Assembly (NCBI GenBank): GCA_965216495.1
Contig: OZ244163.1
Location: 96,127-160,126, forward strand
Direction of reading: 5' to 3'
DNA: 64,000 bases
From: Acidimicrobiia bacterium
GTDB lineage: Bacteria > Actinomycetota > Acidimicrobiia > Spongiisociales > ZC4RG35
The notes beneath the pieces are model-generated. The model was not told the origin of the DNA, did not search any database, and was given only the letters and a program-made list of their open reading frames with translations. Position numbers and translations under genes: made by a program. Below, in pieces: positions 49,908-61,075 of this stretch; position 1 is the stretch's first letter; every line of letters starts with the position of its first letter.

Positions 49908-51217
49908 GACTCGACCAACTGCTCTACGGCTGCCCGATATTGACGCCAAGCGACATACCAGCGGACAGAGTTGGCGAGAACAAAAGCCATCACAAACCCG
50001 ACAAGTCCAATGATGGGTCCCAACAACGCCGACAGTGCAAGAGCCACTATAGCTCCGGCCGCCTGCGAGATAAAAGCGTCCCGAGGTTGGTCCATGGCTT
50101 TCAAGCCGATGGTGTAGGCGGATATCCATGCATGCGGAATAGACCCAATCGAAAGACCGGCGGCCAGCCATCCGTACTGAACAAACTCTGGACCAAAAGC
50201 TAGGCCCATGATCCGGTCTCCGGTAACGGTCAACACCGCAGCGAAAGCCACTGAAACGAAAGTCAGAGCCCAGCCTATGACTCTCACATAACGATGCATT
50301 CCGTCCGTCTCGTGCTCCCCAAGGACACGGGTGACAATCGGGATATAGGCGACCGAAATACCCACAAACAGGACCCCGTAGGGCCTCAATAGAACCTGGC
50401 CAGCCCGAAAGGCGCCGGCGGCAGCCAGACTAATGAACAGGGCCGACACGGCGGCAAGTCCGTAGTTGACGATCCAAGCGGAACCCTCGCCGGCCAACAG
50501 CCACCGGCCGAACTTCCAATGGTTCCGGACGGTCGGCCATTTGCCGCCCTTCCTGTTAACCCAACTGAAGTCGAGGCGGAGTAGATAGGTCATGACAAAT
50601 GCCTGAATCGCTCCACCGACGCCGAGCGAGGCGATTGCGAGTCCCGCAGTCATGCGTCCAGACCCCTCCAAGAGCAGAAGCGAGGATATGACAACCGCCG
50701 AGTAGACGAACGTTCCTGCCAGCGCAACGCCCTGTCGCTCGGCGATATATGCAATTCGCCTAGTCGCCCAACCTGCGAAAACAGGTGGCGCGACCAAGAG
50801 CCCGAGTCCCACTGTCCGTGCCACATCAGCTGCACCGTGCTGGACCAGTAACAGACCACCAACAGCCGCAACACCACCAAGAAGAACCGTCGCCACCAAG
50901 AGACCCCCTGCGTAGCCAGGCATCTCATCGTCGTGATCCCTCGGACCAATCACTCCTGCTGGCTCGAGCACCAGGCTGTTAACCAAACTCCCCACGCCGT
51001 ATAGTGTCGCCGTCCCCACAGTGAAGACACCGAGTCCGATGGCACCGAGATAGCGGGCGACGAGAGCCGCGGCAATGAAGGAAGTTAGAGAAACGAGGGC
51101 TTGATCAATGATTGCAGGGCTGAACCTCCGGGCCTCGACACCCAACCCACCCAGGTCGTTCCCGCCGCCCGCTAGGCGATCAGACTCCTTCTCAGGCCCC
51201 GCCGGCGGCCGCATCAA
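49904..51217 (-). CDS. polysaccharide flippase (Wzx/MOP-superfamily, multi-TM)
   Basis: 437 aa with ~12-14 TM segments and a PST-family-like profile. Confidence 0.6.
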   Translation of the reverse strand: MMRPPAGPEKESDRLAGGGNDLGGLGVEARRFSPAIIDQALVSLTSFIAAALVARYLGAIGLGVFTVGTATLYGVGSLVNSLVLEPAGVIGPRDHDDEMPGYAGGLLVATVLLGGVAAVGGLLLVQHGAADVARTVGLGLLVAPPVFAGWATRRIAYIAERQGVALAGTFVYSAVVISSLLLLEGSGRMTAGLAIASLGVGGAIQAFVMTYLLRLDFSWVNRKGGKWPTVRNHWKFGRWLLAGEGSAWIVNYGLAAVSALFISLAAAGAFRAGQVLLRPYGVLFVGISVAYIPIVTRVLGEHETDGMHRYVRVIGWALTFVSVAFAAVLTVTGDRIMGLAFGPEFVQYGWLAAGLSIGSIPHAWISAYTIGLKAMDQPRDAFISQAAGAIVALALSALLGPIIGLVGFVMAFVLANSVRWYVAWRQYRAAVEQLVES

Positions 51218-51270
51218 CTCAGGAGCCTTGCCGAGCCTTCAAGCAGTGAAGCCGGGCCGGGTTTGACACC

Positions 51271-52452
51271 TTGAAGATTCGCCATGTCCTCAGAGGGCGC
51301 TGCAACCCAGACAATGCCGATGGGATCATCAGGCACTGCTACCAGATCGCCCACGCACAACTCCAGTCCGGCCATGACGTTGCAGTCTACGGCGTTGAGA
51401 GCAACTCCGAGGTGCCTGAAAAGATCGACCGTGATGGACTGACAGTGCACGCCTTTCCCAAGACACGCTGGCCATTCTCGCCACACCCTGCGCTGGCAAC
51501 CCACCTTGCTGAGCTCGACCTCGATACCGAAATAGTGCATTTTCACATGCCTCACGATCCGGCTGGTTACGCCGTATCGCGCCTACTGAAACGACTCAAT
51601 GTTCCCTATGTGATAGCCCCACACGCCATGTGGGAGCCCACCGCATTGGCCAGGAACGCTGTCAAGAAGAGGGCCTACAAGACGCTGATAGACGATCGGA
51701 TGGTGCGTGGAGCACATGGGGTCATGGCGACCGCTCGCAGCGAAATCGCTTCGATCGCGAGGTACGCCCCGGACACGAGGGCGTTCGCAATTCGCAACGC
51801 GATAGACATTGAGTCGACGGTCGTCGACCTACAGAATGCCGAGCGTTATTGGGCTCACATCAAAACAAGCGACGAAACACTCATCTACACATTCATGGGT
51901 CGTCTCGACCCATATCAGAAGGGGCTAGACATTCTGCTCGACGCATGGGGACGATCAAGATCGAGGGGCTTGGACGCAAAACTCGTCCTAATGGGTCCGT
52001 ATTGGCGGGGCAGTCGAGAGCCCCTTCAGTCTCTAGTAGACGAGCACCAGATCTCAGACTCCGTTCACTTCAGTGGACCGTTGTTCGGCGTCGATAAGTA
52101 CACGGCTCTAACTGGTAGCGACATCTTCATCCAGCTTTCTCGTTATGAAACAACGCCTTACTCGATTCAAGAAGCCATGGCTTGCCGGCTTCCTGTCCTC
52201 TTATCCGCCGACACCAATTTGTCGGGCGTGGCTGAAAGGTATGGCGCCGGATGGGAAGTGGCACTGGGCGCTGAGCAAGCGGCCGAGGCCATCCTCAGAG
52301 TGTCCGAGCTCTCCGATGACGACCGGATCTCTCACGGACAAGCGGCGCGGCGCCTGGTTGAGGAGCGACATTCGATTCAGCGGGCTGCCACACGCATGGT
52401 CGCGGCGTACGAAAGCGCCCTCACCGGAAGTCAGTTCGATCACGATGATTGA
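51271..52452 (+). CDS. glycosyltransferase family 4
   Basis: GT-B fold with conserved ...TPYSIQEAMACRLPVLLSAD... C-domain. Confidence 0.8.
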   Translation: MKIRHVLRGRCNPDNADGIIRHCYQIAHAQLQSGHDVAVYGVESNSEVPEKIDRDGLTVHAFPKTRWPFSPHPALATHLAELDLDTEIVHFHMPHDPAGYAVSRLLKRLNVPYVIAPHAMWEPTALARNAVKKRAYKTLIDDRMVRGAHGVMATARSEIASIARYAPDTRAFAIRNAIDIESTVVDLQNAERYWAHIKTSDETLIYTFMGRLDPYQKGLDILLDAWGRSRSRGLDAKLVLMGPYWRGSREPLQSLVDEHQISDSVHFSGPLFGVDKYTALTGSDIFIQLSRYETTPYSIQEAMACRLPVLLSADTNLSGVAERYGAGWEVALGAEQAAEAILRVSELSDDDRISHGQAARRLVEERHSIQRAATRMVAAYESALTGSQFDHDD

Positions 52453-52465
52453 GCCACAAACTGCG

Positions 52466-53506
52466 TCAGTGATTGTCGATGAAACGGCCGACAACCTGTC
52501 CACACGCCTCGTTTAGGTCCGACTCCAGAACGACAGAGGATCCCCCCCACTCCCGATTACTGAACTCAAACTCAGGATGAGGCGTCACGATGATGGCGGC
52601 ACCCGCCTTACTCACTCGCCTGGCCGTGTGCTTCCTTAGAGAGCGTTCTACGGGACCGTAGACCACGCCAACAGTAAGAAACATCGTGTCGATGGCGGAG
52701 CTGACTCTTGCCGCGAACTCGGGTTCAGTGGTTATGGCGACGACCCCACACCTCGCCGAGGCCGCACCAACCCGATCCCACAGGCGCCGCAGCACTCCTA
52801 TTGCCGACTCACGCGAACGCAAAACATGGGTCAGACCGAAAGCAGCCCTCTGTTTCCGCATCAACTCGGCAACCGATCCTCTGTCGTTAGCCAGCAGACT
52901 ATTCACGACTCGATCCGCGACCTTCTCGTCTCCCAGAGCTTCGGCGAGATCAAGCGTGAATGACTGCTGGTGAGCCGAAACGTAGGCGAATGTCTCATCC
53001 CAGTACTCCTTCTTCATCTCTGATATCTGCCCAGAGAACCCAAACTGGAGCACGCGTTGGGCCGCCATATGAGATTCTGAAGCGACCCAAACTCCATTCG
53101 CTGCCAGAGTTCGGTCACGCAGAAGATTCTCGGTAGAGACAAGGGACAACCCAGCCCAACGAACTCGGGTGAAGTGCAGCTCGAGTTGCTCGATGACACA
53201 TCCGCTCTGGTTCAGGAAATAGAAACTGGTTCCCTCATGGTGACCAGTGCAACGAACGAGGTGATCCCACCCGAAACTCAACCGGACTTGCCCCAATACA
53301 TCCGCGATCCGGGATATGTCAGCGTCGTGGGCAGCCATGTCAACATCGCGGCCCGGCTCTTCGTGGAGCCGATCATGATTGCGGAGGACGCAATGTTCGA
53401 TACCCGCTGATTCCAGGGCCGCGAGAGAAGCCATTGTGGTTGCGGCCCGCAGTGAAGCTCCAGTTTCAGCCATCGGGTTGCGATCCAACTGCGTCGCGAT
53501 ATACAT
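52466..53506 (-). CDS. hypothetical protein in polysaccharide locus
   Basis: 346 aa, cytoplasmic, no motif recognised by eye. Confidence 0.4.
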   Translation of the reverse strand: MYIATQLDRNPMAETGASLRAATTMASLAALESAGIEHCVLRNHDRLHEEPGRDVDMAAHDADISRIADVLGQVRLSFGWDHLVRCTGHHEGTSFYFLNQSGCVIEQLELHFTRVRWAGLSLVSTENLLRDRTLAANGVWVASESHMAAQRVLQFGFSGQISEMKKEYWDETFAYVSAHQQSFTLDLAEALGDEKVADRVVNSLLANDRGSVAELMRKQRAAFGLTHVLRSRESAIGVLRRLWDRVGAASARCGVVAITTEPEFAARVSSAIDTMFLTVGVVYGPVERSLRKHTARRVSKAGAAIIVTPHPEFEFSNREWGGSSVVLESDLNEACGQVVGRFIDNH

Positions 53507-54683
53507 CCACCATTACCTCAGTTAGCTTCCGATCCGCCGGGACAAGACTTGACGGGATAGGTGCCGGGTTCTCGATGAACGAACCGACTGCCTTAGCCAG
53601 AGCGAGCACAACTTCATCACGGGCTGCAACGTTGACCGCAACACTGGGAACAGTTGACCAAAGAGCCGTAATTGCACCTGGACCACCATGGTCGAGACAG
53701 ACCACTGGCAGCCCCAAACTCAACGACTCAGAAACGACAAACCCTGCAGAGTCGTGAAATGACGGGAAGAGCAAACATGAGGCTGACCGCATCATCCTCA
53801 ACAGCTCCTCACGTGGTATTGGACCCTTGACATCGATACGGTTCGCAACTTTGGACCGCGTCGCCGCGCGACGGAGACGGCCGATATCCCGACCGCCTCC
53901 TACAAAAACCAGGCGAGCATGAGGGTCGGCCACCAACTCAAATGCCTCGATCGCTAGGAGGATCCCCTTCCAAGTCACGATCCGACCCGCAAAGAGAGCG
54001 ATCTTGTCGCGTCGGCTGGTCTCACCCAGAGCCGTGGAGTCGACAGGTGGTTCAGAAGCATGAGGGTGGACAACAAGGGGGGCAGCACCCAATCCAAGGT
54101 TTCGGCGGGCGAAAGACTCCATCTCTCTGTTCTGACAGAGAACCCGTGTTGCAGTCCGCCAGCGCCGTCTCGTTAATCGAATCGCCAGAGCAGCGGAAAC
54201 TTTCCTCAGCAAATCCTTGAGTCGGCCAGCCGTCCCTAGGTATCGCGTCAAGGAGGGTGGTGTGAAAGTGCCCCCAGAGATGGGGCCGATCACTTGCGCA
54301 GGTCCTTTCAACCGGCTCACACCCATGGGCATCCAAAACCCGCTCATCGTGGCGTGGTGGACGACATCAAAGGGCCCATCAGATATCGAGAGTTCGCGCG
54401 CCCTTCGCAGGGCTTCGCGTTGCCAAACGAAGTTGTAGAACGTCACGATTCCGAACCGCTTCTTCATTCGGAGCGCCCAGGAATGCGCCTCAAGAGGTAC
54501 GAGATGAACGGGATGAGCAGTTGGGTTTCTTGCTAGTGACGCCCGCAAATCGGGTACGTTGTTAGCCCTCGTCAGCACCCAGCATTCAGCTATTGACGCT
54601 GCAGCGCGAACAATGCTGTAACCGGCTCCACCCTCGGACCCTCGGTTTGGAGCGCAACCGTAGGCGGATATCAAGATCTTCAC
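53466..54683 (-). CDS. glycosyltransferase family 4/GT1-like
   Basis: GT-B C-domain (LLFPSFHDSAGFVVSESLSLGLPVVCLDHGG). Confidence 0.7.
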   Translation of the reverse strand: MKILISAYGCAPNRGSEGGAGYSIVRAAASIAECWVLTRANNVPDLRASLARNPTAHPVHLVPLEAHSWALRMKKRFGIVTFYNFVWQREALRRARELSISDGPFDVVHHATMSGFWMPMGVSRLKGPAQVIGPISGGTFTPPSLTRYLGTAGRLKDLLRKVSAALAIRLTRRRWRTATRVLCQNREMESFARRNLGLGAAPLVVHPHASEPPVDSTALGETSRRDKIALFAGRIVTWKGILLAIEAFELVADPHARLVFVGGGRDIGRLRRAATRSKVANRIDVKGPIPREELLRMMRSASCLLFPSFHDSAGFVVSESLSLGLPVVCLDHGGPGAITALWSTVPSVAVNVAARDEVVLALAKAVGSFIENPAPIPSSLVPADRKLTEVMVDVYRDAVGSQPDG

Positions 54684-55963
54684 TTCGACTCCGGCGGATT
54701 GGATAGATCGACTGATGAGGCAACCAGACCAAATGCCCCAGTCTCAGCCACTGACAACCAGGCAATGACCAGAGATGCGATGGTCAGTAGCAATCCTGGA
54801 CGTGCAATCGAGCTAGCGGCCACACCATAGATGACCATAAGTACCCCGAAAGCCCCTACCAGGTCGGCGTCGGGATCATTACGAGTTCTCGACCGCCACG
54901 CCATCGACAACAACCGCGCCAGAATCCAAGTAATTGCAACGACTCCGACCAGACCTAATCCGACGCCTGCTTCTATCCAGAGATTGTGGCCTTCACCAGC
55001 CCAAGGGACGCGTTGGAGCAGCACCAAACGACTGGCACCAAACCCGAAGCCGACTATCGGACTCTCCGAGATCGCATCGATCGCGTGGCCCCACAAGAAC
55101 GTTCTGCCGGTCAGAGTGGTCAGCGTCTCCACATCCCCACCCCGCAGGACAAACCCAAGTGTCTCGCCAGGCCAAATGAGGATGATACTTACAAGCATTC
55201 CGACCAAGCAGAGAGTAAGAAAGACACGATCGCTGCCTCGTAGCTTCCGCGTCAACAGAATTAGAACGAGCAACGCCACAAGGAACGAGAACATCGCCGA
55301 ACGCGTGACGGTCAGGAACACGGCCACTCCAAAAAAGATGGACCCAGCAGCGAAGTATCGACTCCTCGCTCTCAGCTGTCTTCCCTTGGCATCAAGGGCC
55401 AACGCAGCCGAGACGAGGCTGGCCACCGTGAGAAATGCAGCCGAGCTGATGGGATGTTGCCCAGGCCACGCAAATCGATCACCTGTCCCAACCGCCAGCC
55501 CAATAAGAGTCACAGCCGCGCTGACAATGACATACCAGATCCATATCCGACGCCAATCGGTAAAGGCGCGTTCTTGATCTTTGTACCAAATCTGAACAGT
55601 CGCGTACACGACCAACGCCAAAATGAGGACTTGACCACCTCTCACGAGAGAGAACAGGGGAATCTTCGACCAAGCGGCTGAAATCATTGCGAAGGTGCCA
55701 TACACCACCAATAGATTCACAGTAGGCACGCTGATTTGACGCCGGATCTTCGGCAGGTAAGGAACAACCAGCAGTCCCACGAACCCGTAGAAAGCGAGCT
55801 CGATCAGGTTTTCGATTGACGCGACGCCAGCCGAGGCTAGAGACGGGTCGCGCGATCCGGTCAATCGAAATGACGACACGAAAAACAAGGTCACCCAAAC
55901 TGCAGGCAGGCGAGCGCCCTTTTCTAACGCGCGCCTCGTTGCCATCGGCTTGCTAATCAACAC
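54680..55963 (-). CDS. O-antigen ligase/polymerase-like (Wzy_C) membrane protein
   Basis: ~10-12 TM segments with a large periplasmic loop; Wzy/WaaL-like. Confidence 0.6.
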   Translation of the reverse strand: MLISKPMATRRALEKGARLPAVWVTLFFVSSFRLTGSRDPSLASAGVASIENLIELAFYGFVGLLVVPYLPKIRRQISVPTVNLLVVYGTFAMISAAWSKIPLFSLVRGGQVLILALVVYATVQIWYKDQERAFTDWRRIWIWYVIVSAAVTLIGLAVGTGDRFAWPGQHPISSAAFLTVASLVSAALALDAKGRQLRARSRYFAAGSIFFGVAVFLTVTRSAMFSFLVALLVLILLTRKLRGSDRVFLTLCLVGMLVSIILIWPGETLGFVLRGGDVETLTTLTGRTFLWGHAIDAISESPIVGFGFGASRLVLLQRVPWAGEGHNLWIEAGVGLGLVGVVAITWILARLLSMAWRSRTRNDPDADLVGAFGVLMVIYGVAASSIARPGLLLTIASLVIAWLSVAETGAFGLVASSVDLSNPPESK

Positions 55964-56598
55964 CCGAGCCGCTCTCGGAGCTTCTCAACTGCCTGAAGGG
56001 CGAGACGGTCAGGCTCAGCACCAGTATCGAGATCCAACTGCGGTAAGAAATCAAGAGTCTTCCAGAGCCCAATCTCCGTTCTGATCTCGGAGATGCTCAA
56101 CTCAGCTTTGCGATGAGCAATCAGTTCCGGACCTGCTGATAGACGAATCAAGAGATCTGGCTTCGGCGCGAACCTGACTCCTACCTTGGCAAGCCAGGAC
56201 GGTCCGTAAAACCGAAGACTGTATGGCTGGCCTACATAGCCGTACACCCATCGGTCACCCACGACGATTGCCCCCCTTCGCACCCGCGGCCTGATGTGCT
56301 TCCAATAGGCGAACCAAGAGCGGATGACATTGCGCAGAATCCGAGCCACACCCATGACTGGGTTGCCGTTCCTAGAAGGTTTTGGTTGGGGCACCTGCGT
56401 CTCGTGCACCACCCCAGGGTCAGAGATCATCGAGTTCTCAGAAGTTGGGAGGAAGTGAAAGTAGCTGACCGGGCCGTCCCACGCCCTCATCAGCGAAGTC
56501 GCCAACGTGGTCTTACCCACTCCATCTGGGCCCACGACAACCACGAAACCCCCAGGACAAGTTCGGCTATCCCGCCGCTCCCACGTGTCAACTTCCAT
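55957..56598 (-). CDS. P-loop NTPase (nucleoside/nucleotide-kinase-like fold)
   Basis: Walker A VVVGPDGVGKTTLATSL; 213 aa. Confidence 0.45.
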   Translation of the reverse strand: MEVDTWERRDSRTCPGGFVVVVGPDGVGKTTLATSLMRAWDGPVSYFHFLPTSENSMISDPGVVHETQVPQPKPSRNGNPVMGVARILRNVIRSWFAYWKHIRPRVRRGAIVVGDRWVYGYVGQPYSLRFYGPSWLAKVGVRFAPKPDLLIRLSAGPELIAHRKAELSISEIRTEIGLWKTLDFLPQLDLDTGAEPDRLALQAVEKLRERLGC

Positions 56599-56663
56599 CG
56601 CGACCGGAGCCTACCGGCGGGCCTGCTCTACGGCCTCGCGCCAACCAATCGTCGAACTTAGGC

Positions 56664-58109
56664 CTACTTGAACGATCCGTTTGGATCGTTACCCGCCTCC
56701 TGCCACTCCGACCACGACATCGTCGACGGGAACTTGAAAGTCGTTCCGGAGTATTGGTTTCGGTCGAACACAACCCTGGTGTCGGCCGGGTCGTAGATTG
56801 CCCCAGGATCACTCACGTTGTGCTCATAGACCCCAACAGAGCCACCCGAGACTGTGTTGGCCTCTAGTCGGATGTTCGAAAGGGTCCAGGAACAGTTGCT
56901 ACCCGAGCCCCTGTTTTGGTGCCAAACCTCAATGGCTGTGGCGTTTCCCCTGATCACGTTACCGCTGAAGGTTGCTCCCTGTGAAGCCACGATCATCAGG
57001 CCAGCTTCACCGTTTCGTTCGATTTTGTTATTGCGAATCGAACTCGAGCAGCTGACCTCAAAGTGGAGACCCTTGTGGCGGTTATCTGACACTGTGTTGT
57101 TCTCAACCACAGCGTTGATATTGTCGCCATCGAGCCAAAGGCCATTGTTGTAGTTGCTGTGGAAATGGTTCGATTTGATGGTCAGGTTCTTTCCACCCAC
57201 CCACTTCGCGCCGGCCGAGTTTCCCGACATTTGTGCTGCCCCGTTGCTCCACACCTCATTCCCGGTGATAACAGAGCCATGCGCTTTATAGCCCACGATC
57301 CCAACATTGGAGTTGTGATGAATGCTGTTACCTGAAATTGTGGTGGAGCTTCCGTGATAAAGGCCTACGCCCTGATTGGAGTGAATCTCCGAGTTTCGGA
57401 TTACCCAACCGCTCGCTGCCTTGATTGCTCCCATGCCACCCTCGTTTGGCACTTTGAAATCCCTCACGACCAACCCATCCACCGTGACGTTCTTCACATG
57501 GCCACCGGAGTCAAACGCCATCGGCAAGCTACCACCGCCACTAATGACAGCTGAACGACTAGACACAGCTCGGAATACCTGGCCTTCATGCGGTCGGATC
57601 GGGGCATCGAGAGAATACGTGCCGGCTGTGAAACAGAATGTTATGCCGGCGCCTGCTCCATCGACTACCGCCTGGATGTTGTCACTGGACGACACAAGAA
57701 CGCCGTCACACTCGCCGGTAGACGGCGGAGCGGTCGAAGTGGTCGTAGTGGCTTCGGTCGTTGTTGTGGTTTGGGGCGCAGTTGTGGTGGTCGTCTCGGC
57801 AATCGTTGTGGTTGACAACGCGATTGTGGTGGTAGTCGATGAGTCTGGAACCGTCGTTGTTGTCTCGGGAATTGTCGATGTTGACGTACCTGCTCGTCCC
57901 GATGCCGTAGCCCCGTTGCTATCGCCTGACTTGCCCTTGCTCTTTGGCTTCTTCGTTGAGTTCCGGATCAGTTCACTTTCATCAACCTCGGTTTGCTCAG
58001 CCGACAGATAGACGATGTCCTTCTCCGGGGGCTCAGGCTCAACACCGACAGAAACGGCAGCAAACGTTGAGGCGGAAACCACGGCACCGGCCAAGAAGCG
58101 GATCAGCAT
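56664..58109 (-). CDS. secreted right-handed parallel beta-helix repeat protein (polysaccharide lyase/hydrolase/epimerase-like)
   Basis: Signal peptide, Thr-rich linker, then repeated N..I.GN / H.N beta-helix rungs (NSNVGIVGY..., SNHFHSNYNNG..., RNNKIERNGEAG...). Confidence 0.7.
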   Translation of the reverse strand: MLIRFLAGAVVSASTFAAVSVGVEPEPPEKDIVYLSAEQTEVDESELIRNSTKKPKSKGKSGDSNGATASGRAGTSTSTIPETTTTVPDSSTTTTIALSTTTIAETTTTTAPQTTTTTEATTTTSTAPPSTGECDGVLVSSSDNIQAVVDGAGAGITFCFTAGTYSLDAPIRPHEGQVFRAVSSRSAVISGGGSLPMAFDSGGHVKNVTVDGLVVRDFKVPNEGGMGAIKAASGWVIRNSEIHSNQGVGLYHGSSTTISGNSIHHNSNVGIVGYKAHGSVITGNEVWSNGAAQMSGNSAGAKWVGGKNLTIKSNHFHSNYNNGLWLDGDNINAVVENNTVSDNRHKGLHFEVSCSSSIRNNKIERNGEAGLMIVASQGATFSGNVIRGNATAIEVWHQNRGSGSNCSWTLSNIRLEANTVSGGSVGVYEHNVSDPGAIYDPADTRVVFDRNQYSGTTFKFPSTMSWSEWQEAGNDPNGSFK

Positions 58110-58214
58110 GTCAGGAACCTCGCGAGTTAGGGGCAGATCAAAGGTCCGAAAGGGGACATACGACTAAGTCGGTCGGTATTTATAGGTCTTAAGGACTTTT
58201 TTCCAAGAGGCAAT

Positions 58215-59957
58215 TCAGGCCTCATCAGCCTTTCCCAGAATGTTTCTCATCGACCCGGAGCGCTCGGTTAGCTCAGAGCGCTTCGGCGCCATGTTGTACA
58301 CGTACCCGACAAGTGGGACGCCGAGCAACTCGAACCGATCGGCCAACTCCGATTGGGGGGATACTTTGCTGTTATGCGGAACAACCGGTACCGCTCCATC
58401 GGTCAATCCCAAAAGAGAAGAGGCGTAGGACACCTGGAGAGCAGGCGGTGTGTCGACTATCACGGCGTCGTAATTCTTTCGTCCCCACTGCAGCAGTTCC
58501 TTCGCAGCTGAAGTCCCAAAGAAGTCACCGGCCCGAAGCGAGGCTGTGCCTCGTGTAATCAGGTCGAGTGAGCGACCCTCTTCGACCTCGACGGGACTAA
58601 CAACACTTCGAAAGTTTCCGGAGCCTGAGTTCACATCTGTCAGCCCGAGATGACCATTCGGGTTATCGAGCAGCAGTCGTGAGAGCGCCAGGTCACCGAA
58701 ATCACCGTCGATCAGGAGAATCTTCTTTCCCTGGCCCGTCAACGCCAAGGCCGTGTTCGCGGCCACTGCCGTCTTCCCCGCCCCGAGATAGGCAGAAGTC
58801 ACAGCAAGGCAATTTCTCCTCATCTTGCCGGTGCCCTCAAGCTCTGCAATCCGGGCAAGAACCGCATTTCCTACAAAACGAAAGGCCTCGGCAGGAGGAG
58901 AAGTTGGATGGTTCAAGACCACCAACCGATCGACGTCTGTGCTGACGGAGTATTCGGGGACCTCAGAAAGGAGGGGAACGCCCAAAGCTGCCGACGGCTC
59001 GAGCCGATGGCCGAAACGTCGATTGAAGCTGGCAACGAAGTAGGCGGCAACTGCTCCCAGAATTGATCCCATGATCAACCCCACTAGGCCCAAGCGAACC
59101 GAACTTGCTCCGGCCGAGGCCGTCGTGGCCTCCGCTATTGCAGCTATTCCGGTACTAGCGAGTCCGGCTTCGACTCGTAATTGGTCGCGTCTGATCACGA
59201 GCTGTGATCGCCGATCGATTATCTCACGCCTGAGGTCGAGTAGGAGAGCGAGATTGGGGTCCTGAATCTCCAGCACACGGAGGGTTTGCAGAGTCTGCAG
59301 CTGCTGCAACACCTGTGCCAGTTCTGCAGCGGTGGGTTCACCGTTCGTCGCCCGTAGGAAGTCGGCGACGGCAGCCTCCAACTGGCCCTCCAGCTCTGAG
59401 CTTGCGAGATCTGCACGCAAGGCATCAATATCGACATCGATAGCGGCGATTTCCGCCTCAACTTCACCAATCGACTTGTCGAGGCCCTCCAACGCCTGCG
59501 TGAATGACTGAAGCGTTTGGGTCTCTCTGTAGCCTTCATAGGCTCTTGCCAGCGAGTTGGCCAACAGGATGGCTGTGTCACCATCTGGGTGTTTGAAGTT
59601 GATGGTGAGCAGACCCGACTCCGCCGCTACCTTCACATCTGCCCGGCTCGCCACTTCAGCAGCAGAGGGAGCCTGGCTGCCGGCAATGGCCCGCGCATCT
59701 TCAATAAGATCTGGAGACTCGATCAGGGAAGCCTGCGCGTTCAGAAACCGATCGGTAAGAATCAGGCCACCTGTGTCGAAAACACGGTTGTTCCCAGGAT
59801 CGTCGAGAAGAACCTCTGCAGAGGCCACCGACTCGTCGAGAAACGTCTCTCTAAACGCAACGAATCCTACCGTGGTCACGAGTGCGCACACTGCCACGAG
59901 CCACCAATATCTCTTGGCGGCAGCAAAGACCGACATTTGGAGGGCTTCGTTATCCAT
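58215..59957 (-). CDS. polysaccharide co-polymerase / BY-tyrosine kinase (Wzc-like)
   Basis: N-terminal Wzz-like periplasmic domain between two TMs, coiled coil, and a C-terminal Walker A (GAGKTAVAAN), A' (ILLIDGD) and B (VIVDTPP) kinase domain. Confidence 0.75.
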   Translation of the reverse strand: MDNEALQMSVFAAAKRYWWLVAVCALVTTVGFVAFRETFLDESVASAEVLLDDPGNNRVFDTGGLILTDRFLNAQASLIESPDLIEDARAIAGSQAPSAAEVASRADVKVAAESGLLTINFKHPDGDTAILLANSLARAYEGYRETQTLQSFTQALEGLDKSIGEVEAEIAAIDVDIDALRADLASSELEGQLEAAVADFLRATNGEPTAAELAQVLQQLQTLQTLRVLEIQDPNLALLLDLRREIIDRRSQLVIRRDQLRVEAGLASTGIAAIAEATTASAGASSVRLGLVGLIMGSILGAVAAYFVASFNRRFGHRLEPSAALGVPLLSEVPEYSVSTDVDRLVVLNHPTSPPAEAFRFVGNAVLARIAELEGTGKMRRNCLAVTSAYLGAGKTAVAANTALALTGQGKKILLIDGDFGDLALSRLLLDNPNGHLGLTDVNSGSGNFRSVVSPVEVEEGRSLDLITRGTASLRAGDFFGTSAAKELLQWGRKNYDAVIVDTPPALQVSYASSLLGLTDGAVPVVPHNSKVSPQSELADRFELLGVPLVGYVYNMAPKRSELTERSGSMRNILGKADEA

Positions 59958-60124
59958 CCATCCCCATCCTCTCAGGAAGTGATATGAAGGCTAAGGGTCG
60001 TAAATCATGCACCCCCCAAACCCACAACTTCTGTACGCATCGTAAGCGTATTCACCGTACGGCTCTAGTCGAACTGCGTTCGTTGTTGATCTTGCGAGGC
60101 CTAGAGCTACATTCGAAGCACTCG

Positions 60125-61051
60125 ATGAACTCGCACAAGAGCCTTCCACCTGATCACCACCTCTCGATCCCTCTAAGCTCAAGGGCAGCCTCCAAAGCCG
60201 GGCTGACCCTTTATGCAGCCTGTACGCGGCCCGCTCTAATTGCGCAGCAACTCGCATCTCTCGGAGTTCAGGTCATGGGAGGCAAGATCCTTCCGGGCAA
60301 ATCAACGAATCTGGACTTTTCTTCGGAGTTCACCGGATGGAGCGACTTGCTGTATCAGTGGCACGATTTGGTCGGCGATTTCGACGATTTCGCTGTTCAT
60401 ATGCGACGTCCGATTGATCGATCTGGCATCTCCCTGCTCCTTCTTGACCGAGGCAAACCCAAGGCGTTCATAAAGCTACGCCCCGGTGACGACAACTCCC
60501 TTGCCCGTGAACAGCAAGCATTGGATGCCCTAGCCGCTGAGAATGGCAAGGTGGAGACGCCTTCTGTGCTCGGGGCGGGCAAGGCAGAAGAATGGAAGTA
60601 TCTAGCGATTTCGCCACTGCCGCCAGAAATTCACCGGATACATCGTGGCCGACCGGACGAGGTCGTGGCGGACTACTCAGCGCGCCTGGCCAAGAGCTGG
60701 AAACGCCCAGAAGGCGTTCCCTCTTCTTGGGCTCCCCTCCACGGAGACCTAACCGCGTGGAATTTGCGAACCATCAAACCCAACCGGGCGATCCTGTTCG
60801 ACTGGGAGGATTCAGGGTGGGGACCCCCGAACGCCGACCTCCTTTGGTATACGACAACCTCTGCCATCAAGGGACTCCGAGTGGCAACGCCAGCCACCCC
60901 CCCAACCGAGGAAGTAGTGCTGTTCTGGATCGATCGGCTCGAGGAGTCCAATCCTCCGGAACGAAGTCTCGCTGGATTCGTCCTCCGGACCCTCAAATCC
61001 GGGGAAACGAAGAAACCTCGCAATAACGGCGGAGGCATGCCCGATAACTGA
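60125..61051 (+). CDS. protein-kinase-like phosphotransferase (APH/ChoK-like)
   Basis: Brenner/APH motifs LHGDLTAWNL and ILFDWEDSGWGPPNADL. The start is uncertain (candidate Mets at 59984, 60125, 60266). Confidence 0.5.
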   Translation: MNSHKSLPPDHHLSIPLSSRAASKAGLTLYAACTRPALIAQQLASLGVQVMGGKILPGKSTNLDFSSEFTGWSDLLYQWHDLVGDFDDFAVHMRRPIDRSGISLLLLDRGKPKAFIKLRPGDDNSLAREQQALDALAAENGKVETPSVLGAGKAEEWKYLAISPLPPEIHRIHRGRPDEVVADYSARLAKSWKRPEGVPSSWAPLHGDLTAWNLRTIKPNRAILFDWEDSGWGPPNADLLWYTTTSAIKGLRVATPATPPTEEVVLFWIDRLEESNPPERSLAGFVLRTLKSGETKKPRNNGGGMPDN

Positions 61052-61075
61052 CAGAACCGACCCGAAGGAAGAAGC